DNA of 64,000 nt from Mobula hypostoma (lineage: Eukaryota): assembly GCF_963921235.1 (NCBI RefSeq), contig NC_086122.1, positions 26,970,001-27,034,000 on the forward strand, read 5' to 3'. Under the pieces are notes generated by a model. The model made no database searches and was not told the origin of the DNA. It saw nothing but the letters and a program-made list of their open reading frames with translations. The position numbers and the translations under genes are program-made. Positions 1 through 12,516 of this stretch are shown in pieces. The number at the start of each line of letters is the position of its first letter. Position 1 is the first letter of the stretch.

Positions 1-110
1 ACCCTACCAAGAGCCAAAGCACAAGGCCCTGACTCCAGCCAACATGGTACTCTGGGTCATTAAGGCACACAAGCTTCCAAATCTAGCGACAAGTTTGTGG
101 TCATCTTGGG
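1..110 (-). mobile_element. 5' part of an RTE (Rex3/Expander-like) non-autonomous element, cut by the window edge
   Basis: Aligns by eye with 56599-56700 (accctaccaagagccaaag...gacaag.ttgtggtc.tcttgg); the minus strand resembles fish RTE 5' UTRs (ctcttggtagggtcacc). Confidence 0.6.
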
Positions 111-1294
111 GGTCTGTTGATTATTCAGCAGATGCAAATGCGCGAAGCAAACAAAACTAACACTGCTGTTAGCAGATTTGATCTGTACACTCTATATGCC
201 CTCTAAAAATTCGTGGAATACTGCTTTTTATATCAGCTTGATGCCCAAAGCACAATAATCATACCTCCAGTCTGAGCCTACCTCATAATGCTGAAAATGG
301 CATCGCTACTGGGATGTGCTGGGGGTCATCTCCTAAGATTCCATACAGACTTTGCCCTCCACCCACTCAATTACCCTTCATCTCCCAATCCCACCTAAGC
401 TCGGCCCACAATCACGAGGCAGATGATACAATTATAGATCCTCTGTAATTAAATCATTGATCCCTGCCAGTCTTGGGACAGACTTTGGATTCCTTCATGG
501 CACTGGTATCACATTTCAGTGTAAGTGTGTTTCAGACCAGAGAAGTAATTTTAGCCTCAGTCATATCTAATTGATAGTCAGCAGGCTGATTTAATGACAT
601 TCTAGTTGTGGATCCTTTAGGGAGAACATTATCATACATTAATGAGGAGCACACTGGCAGTCACTGTTTGCATAATATCAGACTAAACCTTCTATATAAA
701 ATGGAAAGTGTGGTTGTATAAGTGGTAAGAGATGCTTAGAATGATTATTGTAAAACTATAATCTAATCCCAGAGTTTACATTATGTTTATTAAACAATAT
801 GAGCTTCACTAAAATAGTCTACAATGACTTTGATTCCTATGATTAGTTTATTGGCTTGTAATCAATGACAGGTGACCATTAAGCTCCGATTTTTCAACTT
901 CCATTTGACAGAGGGGTGTTCTTGTCATTATGATGCATAGCAATGGTGTGATTCATAAATGGCTTTAAAATTCCTGGGTATATATTGTATATACTAGGCC
1001 ACGATATAATAATTTACTCAGTAATTCACTCTTTGATCTTCCTTCAAACACTATATTCTGAACATGTGCTATGAAGAATAACAAAATATAAATGTTAACT
1101 GCTTTCCTCTCTCCATAGATGCTGTCCGACATGTTGAGTATTTCCATTCAATACAGTCTTTTACTGCTATTTTTCAGATATTTTACTTCTATTTTTAAAA
1201 TATTCTGAGACAGTGTAAGAGGTTTTGCAGATCTGGGTGACTTCTTCCAATTCATTGGCAAAGCAGATTTCTTCTCTGTGTTGTCTTTATTTCC

Positions 1295-1677
1295 CTTTTG
1301 CTGCGGCAGGTGTGATACCTCTTTCTCCCTCGCAGGTGAAAGCGAGAGAGCCTGTCTGAGATGTCGAAGTGTTGGGATGGACAGTAGTTTTTGATGGACT
1401 CTAGATCATGGTCTCGGGGGGCTTTGCTGTTGCTTGCATGGTGGGTGGTGGGGGGGCGTTGATGCTTTTACTGGAGCAAGTGGGGGATAAGGAGGGAGGA
1501 GGGTTGATGCTTTATCTGCTGCTTGTTTATGGGAGGGGGAGGGGACTTCGGGGATCTAATGTTTTCTGTCATTCATTTTTGGGTTTTTTTCTTTCTGTTT
1601 TGTGGCTGTCTGTGAAGAGCAAGGATTTCAGGTTGTATTCTGTCTGCATTTTCTGATATTAAATTGAACCCATTGAA
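1295..1677 (+). mobile_element. Non-autonomous retroelement with a Rex1-type 3' tail
   Basis: 3' end gtgaagagcaaggatttcaggttgtat...attaaattgaa matches the tails at 6420-6495, 16110-16190 and 34800-35510. Confidence 0.45.
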
Positions 1678-2524
1678 GTATTGATTTCAATTTATATATA
1701 GTTTAAGTATGTAGTACAATGCTTTCAGTTTTTATTTCAGGGAGCAGCAATTATATGACTTGCTCTCAGATAACTTACCCAGGCTAGACAGGACAGATTT
1801 TAATTTTACATTTCCTAACGTACTCAGTCAGAAAGGTGCAGAGTTTTTCAATTATCCATTCTGATGAAGTCCAATAATTGGGACAAAGAGGACACCAATA
1901 TTAACTGAATGATAAATCAAAAGTCTGTAACAAGACATCCAGTACTGCCAAAGTATAATTCGCCCTTGATTGTCATTTTGACATGAATGATTTTGAATTG
2001 TATCTCAGCTAAAGGGTGGTTTAGCAGAAGACCAAAGCATAGACCAGGCAGAAGAAAAAGATTTTTTTTCAAATTCAGAGATGCCTGATGTGTTCAGCTT
2101 CACTGGCTCATTATTGTTCCTAATTTGCGTTAGGATTAATTAACTAATTACAGACAAATGTCTGAAGGCAAAATTACGGTTCTGCTTGTCAACTTGAAGT
2201 ATTTAATTATTTTAATCATTTACTTTAATCTTCAACTTCATCCTGCATAGTTATGTTTCCAGGCATCATGAATTATAATTCTGTGATTTAAAAGAAAAAG
2301 TAGTTAACTCTTTCATTTGCCTTCTAGGAACAAAGTGCAAATTATATCTTCCTAAATGTGATCAAAATAATGTGGTTTATGCAGCTGCAATCCGTGATTG
2401 CTCTTGACGTAAATAAATTTGTTAGCTAAACTTATTCTTCACCTAGTAGGGGTAAAACTGTTACAAAGAAAAAGGAAATTGCACTACAAAGGGACTTTTT
2501 ATAGTTTAAGTCTACACCTTGTTA

Positions 2525-2860
2525 AGTATCTTAGATGTATAGTTGCTGTTCTGATGTAGGGAAAGGCAGCAATTTCGGAATAAGCAAGGATCAACGAACA
2601 TCAAAGAAATGAGGACCAGATAGTGTGCATGTTAGAGCTGTTCAGACACTAAAAGAATTGTCCTGAACATTGTTATCTAGTGTTTTAAACTTTCACTTTC
2701 ACCTGAGATGTCAGGAATGACTTTGATACTAATGCTTAACCGAAAAGACAGCGCTGCTGGCACCGAAATGCCAGCCAAGATTATGTGTTGAAATCTCTGG
2801 AATGAAACTTGAAACCGCGCTTCTAAATCATAAGTGAGAGTGCTATCATTGAGCCAAGGT
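2525..2860 (-). mobile_element. Ancient Deu-domain SINE relic (SacSINE1/AmnSINE1-like)
   Basis: Contains ccgaaaagacagc, cagccaagattatgtgttgaaatctctggaatgaaacttgaa and gagagtgctatcattgagccaagg, resembling the reverse complement of the tRNA head plus Deu core; highly diverged. Confidence 0.55.
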
Positions 2861-2889
2861 TTGCATCTGCATATCTGTTTTACATATAT

Positions 2890-3570
2890 ATACATAAAAA
2901 CATTACATAGGACACTCGGGGGCCAGTCCATTATACACAGTTAAGAGGCAGCTACAATTAGACAAAATTTCATGGAAAAAGTTTAAGAAGTATAAAAAAG
3001 GCAAACTACCATTTAACTAACAAATTATGTACTTAAATAAAATACAGAACATATTAGTACTGTAAAGCTGTGTATTAGCTCCTAATAGTTATTCCCAGAG
3101 GAATTCATCCAGTGTGTGCTGCCGTGTTCTTTCGATTGACTGTAAATGAACAATATCAGTGCAGACAATGGACTACATTCATATAATGCTTTTGATGCTT
3201 CTATCCTTCAAATCTTCGTTTTCATTGTGACATTCAAGTTGATTGTCGATACCTTCAAATTCTTCATAACTCCTAGCTTGTTGAAGTAATGAAATCGTTT
3301 TGTTTTCACTCTCAGCCATTTCTGAAGCTCCAAGCCTGGAAGCATGAAACCACAGTGAGCAAAACAGTTCTGAATAGTCCTACTGCTTACTCCTCACCAA
3401 CAATCAGTGACAAAAATCACTGCTTTCTGAGCACAAAGCACATGCAACTGATGCCATTTAAAAACTATTTGCTAGTTACTGTAGAAACTGTTCGGCAACA
3501 AACATCTGTCCCAATTAAGTGGCATAGTGTCCAAAATAGTGCCAGATAGTTGAAACAACCTGGAGTAATG
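2890..3570 (-). mobile_element. Tigger/pogo-family internally deleted DNA transposon
   Basis: Minus strand ~3190-3310 reads SENKTISLLQQARSYEEFEGIDNQLECHNENEDLKD (acidic Tigger-type C-terminus); subterminal tgtcccaattaag motif; degenerate ends. Confidence 0.5.
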
Positions 3571-6164
3571 TTTCCGCCTGTTTATTTACTTGGTGCTTTA
3601 GCTGAATTGGGGACTTCCATTTATTTTTTTCTTGTGTAGTAAATCCATTGCATCTCAGTATAACTTATGGTTTATTTCCTTCTGAAATGAATAATAATAA
3701 AAAGATTGAAAGTCCCTTTTTTAGCAAATGGGCAAAATATTTTCGATGGTCAGGTGTAAGAAACAGTTAAAGAAATTGTGCAAATGAATATTCTGCAAGG
3801 TGCAATTTTTTACTAGTGACAATGAAAATTAGCAGCCAGCCACTATAATAATTTAATGCTTCCTAAGCAGTTAATGAGTCATTTAGCTGGTAAAAATGCA
3901 GGAAAGTTAGCTCTACCATAATTACCGTGGTTGGAAGAGCAGGTCAGCAATGGCTGTGAAGAGTAACTAACCTCCTGAGAGAAACAAGCCAGAAGTAATT
4001 GTCTGATAAATTTTAAGGGCTCAGTACTATCCAGAGCAAAGAAGCATGCTTAATCAGCTCACTGTTTCCACTTTAAGCAGTCATACCTGTCATCACCAAC
4101 ACATCCAGAGTCCAGAATGCAGTGCAAGACTGGTAATTCTCCAAGTGTCTTTGACATCATCTTTTAAAAATGTGACTGCAGAAGGTGAATGAACTGACAT
4201 CTGCAAGGTCCCATTCTTGCCTTCATTTAACTCTTTGTTTCCATACTCAGATGCTGCTGGACCTGTTGAATATTTCCAGTATTTTCTGCTTATGTTTAAT
4301 ATTTCTACCTTTTGCAGTTTAAAAAAATTCAAACCAAATACTATCCTATAGTGGAAATACATTATCATTTCTCATTGACATTTTGTTAGATCTTGACACT
4401 AGCTATCTAATTCTACTGTGGTAATATAATGATTCAACATCGCTTTCTCAAGTGCGACAAATGGTGGCCTAGCTAATGTCATCAGCATCCTATAAAATAA
4501 ATGCTAATTAGCCTTCCCTATTGTGTTATACTGATTAAGTATTTATTATACTAATAAAGTACTTCAGTGGTCGGGAAGCACTTTGGGACGTCAGAAAAAG
4601 TTTACTCCTTATTTCTTAAAGTGGAGTTATGAACTTAAGTAGGAAAGTATCACGAAGGTAGATAGAGTTGCATGAGCACGACACATAAATTGTCCTCTCG
4701 ACTCTCACACTGTAATGATTTCAGCAGAGATTTTAAAGGGCAAAACCCACTACAGTAGGATGTCTCATTTTTCCTTTGAATTCTACTAAAGAAGTTTTGG
4801 GAACAGGATTCCAAGATGAAGCCGTGGCTGACTTCAGCTTGCTTTGAAGCTGTTTAGACCAGAAAAAGATTCTGAGATCTTTTAGATTCCCACTGTTTAA
4901 TGCTGAGATACATTAATGGTAATTAGAAAGTGATCTCTCCAGCTTTGTTTGACGTGAACTATTTCTGTAGAGTTTGTGTTTAAGTTAACATTAATTCAGT
5001 CATGTTCAGTCCTAATGCGTTTATGAAGAATGAGCCATCAGCAAATGCAACAATAGATGGACCTCTGAAAACTAATTACTGCTGATGCTGGAAGTTTGAA
5101 ACAGGAGCAGGAAATACTGGAAATAGTCAGCTGGTCATGCAAAGTATGTGGAAAGGGGAACAACATTAAGCTTTCATGTTAATGATTGTTCATTAGCTAA
5201 CGATCTTTGGTTGAGTGCCGATCTGGTTTTGTTGTTGATAGAGTTCGTGCTCCTTTCTGTAGCACCTGAATGTTGCAGCACTGATCCCTTAACCAGGTGA
5301 ATGCTAAGTGATGATGTACATTGATTAGAGAGTGGGGGTGGGGGGGTCATGATACATCAAAAGTAAACATATATGAAGCTAAGTTAAACTGAGCACCAAC
5401 ATTTCTGTTGCCTTTAACATATTTGGCGGGCTGACATCGTGGTGCAGGAAAAAATGTATTAAAATAACAAAAACATGAAGATCTCATGGGGTGGCAATTA
5501 GTCTCTAGTTACCTGTGTTAAACAGATATGAACATATCAAACTGACATCTGCCTATTCAATGGATGTTCACACATACAATGAGCACAGGGAGCCATCCCA
5601 TATTTATTCTCTTCCTCCCTCCCACTTATAAGAAAAATACATGTTTTTTTCTATTATGTTATAGAGCTTTAGATGTCCAAAGATTAATAAGTTGACTTGC
5701 TTCAGAGGGAAAGAAACTTTTGATAATTGCAAAATGACTTATCTACACAATATCTACTTCATGTGATGGGCTTTTGATATATACACATCTCCATAAAATA
5801 AAGCAAAATTCTTGAAACTTCCAGAGAGTTTAATCTTAGCTTTTGATTTAATAATGTGAGAAGTAACAAAATTCATTGTTGCTCTTTTCAACTGCCATCT
5901 TTACTTCCAGGTCAGTAAAAATTGTTCAGCATTAATTAATTTCATTAACTTATTGCCAGTGTAGGAACAGTACAGCAGGAGTCACAGCAGGGCGATGCTC
6001 ATAAGCACATATAATAGATGTTTCATGTTCAATCCTATTTGAATGTGCTGACTTTGTGTTTTATATTCTGTGTTTTCGCTTGTTACTTTTGTTGCCGTTT
6101 TCATGATTTATTTTTGCACATGGGAGAGATTGATGTTTTTTCTTTGAATGGGTTCCACGGTTCT

Positions 6165-6396
6165 TGGTGAACGCAGCAGGCCAGGCAGCATCTCTAGGAA
6201 GAGGTACAGTCGACGTTTCGGGCCGAGACCCTTCGTCCTGACCATCACTAGCTCTTCTTTCAGTTAGTCCTGACGAAGGGTCTCGGCCCGAAACGTCGAC
6301 TGTACCTCTTCCTATAGATGCTGCCTGGCCTGCTGCGTTCACCAGCAACTTTTATGTGTGTTGCTTGAATTTCCAGCATCTGCAGATTTCCTCGTG
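6165..6396 (+). mobile_element. Penelope-like pseudo-LTR fold-back mini-element
   Basis: 73-bp inverted arms 6165-6237 / 6272-6344 (1 mismatch); 13-bp TSD tcc(a/g)cggttcttg at 6154-6166 and 6397-6409; same pLTR sequence as the GIY-YIG-linked copy at 39590-40110. Confidence 0.85.
6265..6302 (+). ncRNA. Minimal type-I hammerhead ribozyme (intact core)
   Basis: tagtc-CTGACGA-a-ggg(tctcgg)ccc-GAAAC-GTC-gactg: stem I tagtc/gactg, extra A after A9, palindromic ACGT stem III, predicted cleavage after C6297. Confidence 0.8.
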
Positions 6397-6744
6397 TCCG
6401 CGGTTCTTGTTATATTTTTCGTAGCTGTCTGTGGGAAGACAAATCTCAGGGTTGCATACTGCATACATACTTTTATAAAAAGTATACTTTGAATGGGAGA
6501 CCCAGAGAGAAAAAAGCAGAATTCAAAAATGATATAGATAATGTAATAGCATCAACAATAAGGCCAGGGAACCCCAAAAACAGAAATGCGTCCTTTCCAT
6601 AGCAATCACCCCAGAGTGAAAACACATGATGCTAGAGATAACCAGAGAGACAAGCAGCATCTGTGGAGGGAGAAACAGAATTAACGTTTTGGGTTGGTGG
6701 CCTTTCACCACAACTCATTAGATTAGACGAAGCCTGATAACAAG

Positions 6745-7100
6745 TCGCCAGCCGTGTTGGCAGCTCAGCTAGGAGAGGGAAAACTCTGACCTCCAAGCTC
6801 CACTGCCTGGCGGCTATACCCACTCATGGGGAAGGCTTTGGGAGTAAACCCCGAGGGAAAAATCTGCCGCTGGAGACCCTGAGGCAGTCTCCATTGAGTT
6901 CAATGCTGATCTGCAACTCCTGCGACGCTGCTGGTGCCGAACTGTATCGGTCTCTGCCGTTCCTTTGGGTTCATCGGCTGCATGAGAGGACCCTGCTGTA
7001 TGTGCAACAGCTTGCTCTCCATATTGTACTGCCCTGGTGTGCATTTCACACAGACTGCTTGGTCACAACATCCACGGTGACCCTGACCAACAAAAGGCCT
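6745..7100 (+). mobile_element. Vingi (Ingi-clade)-like non-autonomous element fragment
   Basis: ctaggagagggaaaactctga...cactgcctggcggctatacccactcatggggaaggctttgggagtaaaccc; shares cactgcct.g.gg, ggagaccct.agg and gca.ctcctgc motifs with 45215-45445. Family assignment from memory only. Confidence 0.45.
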
Positions 7101-7117
7101 CGTATTTTTTATATATA

Positions 7118-7519
7118 CGTAACCGGGTGACCATTGAATCTAAGACCATGTACTTAGGCATCCATCCGGGTAATGCTAGTATAGTTGTCTGTGCCTTTAA
7201 ATGGAGATGGTGATGTCATTATGCACGCGCAGGGTAGTGGGGAGACCACTTTGTTTTCTGCTGAAGACGCTGGTCTCTCCACTATCCCGCGCATGCATAA
7301 TGACATCACTGCCTCCACGTAATGACATCACCATCTCCACCATCTCCTCGTATGTGGATCGAAAGTTAACCTGAGATTGTAACGCCAAGAACTGGTTGTA
7401 AATTCATTCATTTTGTTTTGAGACCCTCTTCTGGCACTTAAACATCTAAACCAGATAAAGGAATTAAAACCCGAGAAAAGTATTTATTGTCCTGAGTGTA
7501 TACTTTTCCCCAGGCTACA
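7118..7519. mobile_element. Putative solo LTR containing an internal hairpin
   Basis: Termini (c)gtaaccggg...ccaggctaca form degenerate TG..CA short inverted ends; internal inverted repeat 7202-7339. Confidence 0.4.
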
Positions 7520-7599
7520 AAATATATACAGTACTATGCCAAAGTCTTAGGTACCCCAGCTATATATACAGTATGTGACTAACACCTTTGCACAGCATC

Positions 7600-7940
7600 T
7601 ATATATTATGAGAGGTTTAAAGAGGATAGATAGGGTCTTTTACCCAGTGTGGAAATGTCAAATACTAGGGGGCATAACTCTATGTTGAGCAGAGAGAAGG
7701 TTAAAGGATATTTATGAGGCCACTTTTTTTTACACAGACAGATAGGTGCCTGTAACATTCCTGTGGGTAGTGGTGGAAGCAGTTATGATAGTAATCGTTT
7801 AGAAGTTCTTAGAAAGGCACCTGGACTGACAGGGAATGGAGGAATATAGGCCATTCACAGGTAGCTAGCTCGGATTAGTTAACCATGACATGGTTGGCAC
7901 AAACTTTGTGGGCTGAAAGGCCAGTTCCTGTGTTATACTG
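7600..7940 (+). mobile_element. CR1 LINE 3' fragment
   Basis: tatgagagg...atagatagggt...actagggggcata...ttttttacacaga...gggctgaaagg.cc.gttcctgtgtt..actgttct, a typical CR1 3' end. Confidence 0.7.
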
Positions 7941-10144
7941 TTCTGTGTTGAATGTTCTAACTACCACTTCACGTAGGATGTCCAATGATTTGGAAAGTCA
8001 AGAACTGGGTTTGAATGTTCTTTAAAAAAACATAAAATATGAATTTTATGTGATTTAATATAATTGTAATATTTAAAGTATGCTTATAATTTATAACTAA
8101 TTTTAAGTAAAGCTGATAATTAAGAAAAGAGCATGAACTATAGGACAGAAATAATTATATGCAATATTTCTCATAATCCCCAAATGTTTGGGAGCTCAGC
8201 TCTACAGATATTGATGCTACTCATTTCCCATCTGTAAGTGCTGTCCACGGCACTAAACCAGCAACCACTAACTGTTTCCAAGACGGTTTTACCTCCTGCA
8301 TGCACTGTAAGCAGTGGGATAAGTCAGGAAGCACTCTGGATCTCGAGTCCACTGGGAAGTCTATGGAATGTATATTTCATGACGTATGCCGGTGATACTA
8401 AACCTGATCCTGAACTTGCCAGGGAATTCTGGGCATGCATGGAGTCTTTGCAGCAATGGTGGGCAATTGGGGAAAATGCTGCAGGTTTTTTTTTTAGTAA
8501 TGATCCGCTCAATTACCGTGCATTCTGACCAATATAATGTGGATTTTCATCGGAGAAGGAGTGTGCATGCTGTAAGTTGCACCAATGTGTTCTTTTCACT
8601 GCAGCCTTCATGTGATTGAAATTAGCTAATGTACACAATTGGCCACCTGGAACTCTTTTGCAGTTACCTTGTTAGTGTCTTCACAAAATACGACAAAAGT
8701 CCACTGGTCATGGGGTGCAGTATCTTGTGTGACTGAGTGGTGCCTCGTGGAGTGAGGCAGGCTGCTATTTCACATCTGAGGTGAGAGGCAGTGACTTCTT
8801 GATTTAGTTGCGTTATCTGCAAGTGAGCCAAAAGTGGAAGGATGAGGAAAATCTGAAGAATACTCTTGATAAAAATCTTCAGCTGCTGGGAATTTGAAAT
8901 GAAGAGGGAAAATGCTGGAAGCAGGTATCAGGCAAGTATCTGTGGAGAGAGTCAAAATGTTTTGGACTTTGCACTAGAATTGACATATCTAAAATGTTAA
9001 CATTTTCTCTTTCTACTGACTTTGCCCATTTCTGGCATCTTATCTTTTTTTTAAAATTCAGGAATCTCTTTGTGTACTACTCCAAACAGCTGTTGAGAAA
9101 TTAGAATAGGGAATGCGGAATTTTCCACTGAATGATTTCAGACAAGTCCAGGACCATGTAGGAAGGCAAGAGAGTCTTGCGTCAGTCTGACTGTTATCAA
9201 TGCAACACTGCCAACTGTGGCTCCATAGCTTCGGAAGAGTCACTGCTTTGTCTATGCGGTCAAAGAGGCCCCTATGAGCAATTGTACTGCTCTGTTAATC
9301 ATACAGAAATATATTTAAAATAGTTTATTTATTGCTATACTCTGATTTATTTTCCTGTTTTTACCTTTATGTTTAATTTTCATTATCTGACTTTTTTCAA
9401 ATTTGCTACTTAAAAAAATCTTTATTTCCCTCTTGTCAAATGTGATGTATTTCTCCTTTCAGCTGCTGGGGTATCCCCTTTTTCTTCTTGTTCCTTCAAT
9501 GGAGGGATCCGTTAGTCAAGTCTATTTGTTATTCCGTATTCCTGTTCTCCATAATTGTCACTATGGATCAGGTACCCTGTATTTCAGACGGTTATGCATT
9601 ACCCCAGCTTGGAAATACCTCTCCAAACTAGAGTAATAAGAGTGAATGAGATTAAAAGCTAGTGTTCAAAGTCTCAACCTTCTTTGTTAAAAATCAAATA
9701 CTTTAAACGTGTAATTGTCATCGCTCTTACTTCCTAGGGCGTGATTTATAATGGAGCGAGTCTGCTTTGACTGGTTGTAGCACCTAGATCCAATCTGTCT
9801 GTGCAACATACGGGTTACTGTTGCTTTAACCTTGTTAGGTTACAGCACACCTCGAGAGATTTTTGCAGGTTTTGAAAGAGCAGACTAATTAACATGAAAA
9901 TGCAGCTAATTACAGGCTTCATGGAGCTGCTGAAGAAATCCACTGCTCCAATGAACTGTATACAGAACTTTTTGCCACTGGCTATACTCCTAGCCCCATC
10001 CCACACCAGACAACCGCAAGGTCAGGCTGCTTGTAATGTAGAGATGAAAGCATCAGCAGCCATTTTGATGGCCTACTTACATTAGATTTTAACCCTTCAA
10101 AGGCCAAAAGACTTCAAATATTCGACATCTGCATGTGACAGCAG

Positions 10145-11410
10145 TATGTGAGGAGCAGGGCCAGCTGCCTCCACAACTATCGCACACTGGGACTCGCATC
10201 TAGTGTGCTAGAGTGCTTTGAGAAGTTGGTTACGGCTAGAATCAACTCTTGCCTACGCAATTTGCCTGTGGCCGCAATATGTCTACAGCAGATGCAATCT
10301 CTCTGGTTCTCCACTTGGCCTTGGATTACCCAAACAATAGCAATACCTATGTCAGGCTGCTGTTTATTGACTACATCTCAGTGTTCAACATAAACACACC
10401 CTCAGCTCTAATCGACAAACTCCAAAACCTAGGTCTCTGTATCTCCCTCTGCAACTGGGTCCTTGACTTCCTCGCTGGCAATCAAAACAGATACACCTCG
10501 GGGATGCGTGCTTAGCCCACTGCTCTGCTCTTTCTACACCCATGATTGTGTGGGTAGGCACAGTTCGAACACAATCTACAGTATAAATTTGCTGATGTCA
10601 CGACTATTGGCAGAACTTCAGATGATGATGAGGAGGCATACCGGAGCAAGATAGATCAGCTAGTTGAGTGGTATCAGGGCAACTACCTGTCAGTAAGACC
10701 AAGGAATAGATTGTGGACTTCAGGAAGGGGAAGTCGAGGGAGCACACATCAGTCCTAATTGAGAAGTCAGAAGTGGAAAGGGTGAACAGTTTCAAGTTTC
10801 AACATCTCTGAGGATCTATCCAACATACTGATGCAATTACAAAGAAGGCACGGCAGCAGCTCTATTTCTTCAGGAGCTTGAGGAGAATTGGTATGTCACC
10901 AAAGCCACACTCAAATATCTATAGGTGTACCATGGAGAGCAGTCAAACTGGGTACATCACCGACTGGCATGGGGGTGGCCACTGCACAGGGTTAAAGCTG
11001 TAGAAAGTTGTGAGATCAGCCAGCTCCATCATGGGCACCAGCCTCCCCAGCATCCACGACACCTTCAAAAGGCCATGCCTCAAAAGGCAGCATCCATCAT
11101 TAAGGATCCTAATCACCCAGGACGTGCTTTCTTCCCATTGCTACCATCAAGTTACGAGAGCCTAAAGGCACACACTCAATACTTCAAGAGAAGCTTCTCC
11201 CCCTCCGCCGTCAGCTTTCTGAATGGACAATAAAACAATGAACACTACTTCAGTATTCTTTCCCACTCATTTTGCACTGCATATTTAATTTAATTTTTTT
11301 ATATATATACTTCTTTTGTATTTTATAGTTTTTATTATTATGTGTCGCAGCTGCAAAACAATGAATTTCATGACGTATGCCAGTGATATTAAACCTGATT
11401 CTGATTCTGG
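10145..11410 (+). mobile_element. Rex1/Babar-clade LINE, decayed RT to 3' tail
   Basis: ORFs give VLECFEKLV, YVRLLFIDYISVFN, PRGCVLSPLL and KAASIIKDPNHPG; tail aaacctgattctgattct. Confidence 0.85.
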
Positions 11411-11967
11411 GTTAAAGTTACAGCGTCAGAAACAATCATTTTATTTTCAGCTGTGGAAGATCCAATAATCCTGCAGTGGATGAAGAAACAGCCCCAGGGG
11501 CAATTTAAGGTAACATTCTTACAAACTAACCAAAAATGTTTTATAATGATCATGGTCATGTGCAATTTCACCTTCTGAGTATTGTTTCTCTACCCCCCAC
11601 CACTATTTAATTGTCTGTTTACAGTATAGCACAAGTAAAAATTTAGATATTTCAAGATGACATATTAATATTAAACATATTATACAATTACATTGAAATA
11701 TGTACAGACTTTTCATGTTGCCATAGTAAATGGTTGGTTTTCGGGAACTGAACCATAACAAGACTGACACTAAAAAATCATTGTTTTTTTATTATACTTT
11801 GAAATTGATTTAAAGCAGCAAATGCCATTGCAATATGCATCATACTAGTAATCAATCTGGGAGTATTTTGATTTATTCATAGCAGCTGCCAATGTTATTT
11901 AATACCAAATTACTTATTTGTGTGTTCTTTTTGGTAAGCTGAAGTACGACGCCAAGGTGACTATAAA

Positions 11968-12516
11968 CAATTAGTGTCCACTTTATTAGAAACACCTGCG
12001 TACCTGCTCGTTAATGCAAATATCTAATCAGCCAATCATGTGGCGGCAACTTAATCATGAAAGCATGTAGACGTGGTCAAGAGGTTCTGTTGTTGTTCAG
12101 ATCAAACATCAGAATGGGGAAGAAATGTGATCTAGGTGACTTTGACTGTGGAATAATTGTTGGCGCCAGACGGGGTGGTTTGAGTATCTCAGAAACTGCT
12201 CATCTCCTGGGATTTGCATGCACAGCAGTCTCTAGAGTTTACAGAGAATGGAGTGAAAATCAAAAAAATAAGAAGTCTAGTGATCGTCAGTTGTGTGGGT
12301 GAACATGTCTTATCAACGAGAGAGGTCAGAGGAGAATGGCCAGACTAGTTCAAGCTGAAAGGAAGGCAACGGTCGCTCAAATAACCACATGTCACAACAG
12401 TGGTGTTCAGAAGAGCACCTCTGGGTGCACAACTTGCCAGAGCATGAAGTGGGTGATCTACAGCAGCAGGCCACACCGGTTCCATTCCTGTACTTAAATA
12501 AAGGAGCCACTGAGTG
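11968..12516 (+). mobile_element. Tc1-like non-autonomous DNA transposon
   Basis: TIRs ca.t.agtgtccactttattag / aataaaggagccactgagtg-TA; ORF 12057-12302 contains the Tc1 N-terminal HTH MGKKCDLGDFDCGIIVGARRGGLSISETAHLLGF..TAVSRVYREW. Confidence 0.85.

Larger units (their letters stand above)
6050..6495 (+). mobile_element. Rex1-type LINE 3' tail interrupted by a Penelope mini-element
   Basis: Tail motif gtgggaagacaaatctcagggttgcatac...actttgaa; the sequence resumes after the TSD at 6397-6409. Confidence 0.55.

Noticed and set aside
4200-9050. Additional hammerheads in old pLTR-like relics (~1095-1150, 4225-4320, 5080-5200, 6625-6730, 8880-9045)
   Set aside because: They resemble the pLTR family but lack a recognisable catalytic core.
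9440-9640. Possible host exon after ttctcctttcag
   Set aside because: No frame gives a recognisable protein and no partner exons were found.
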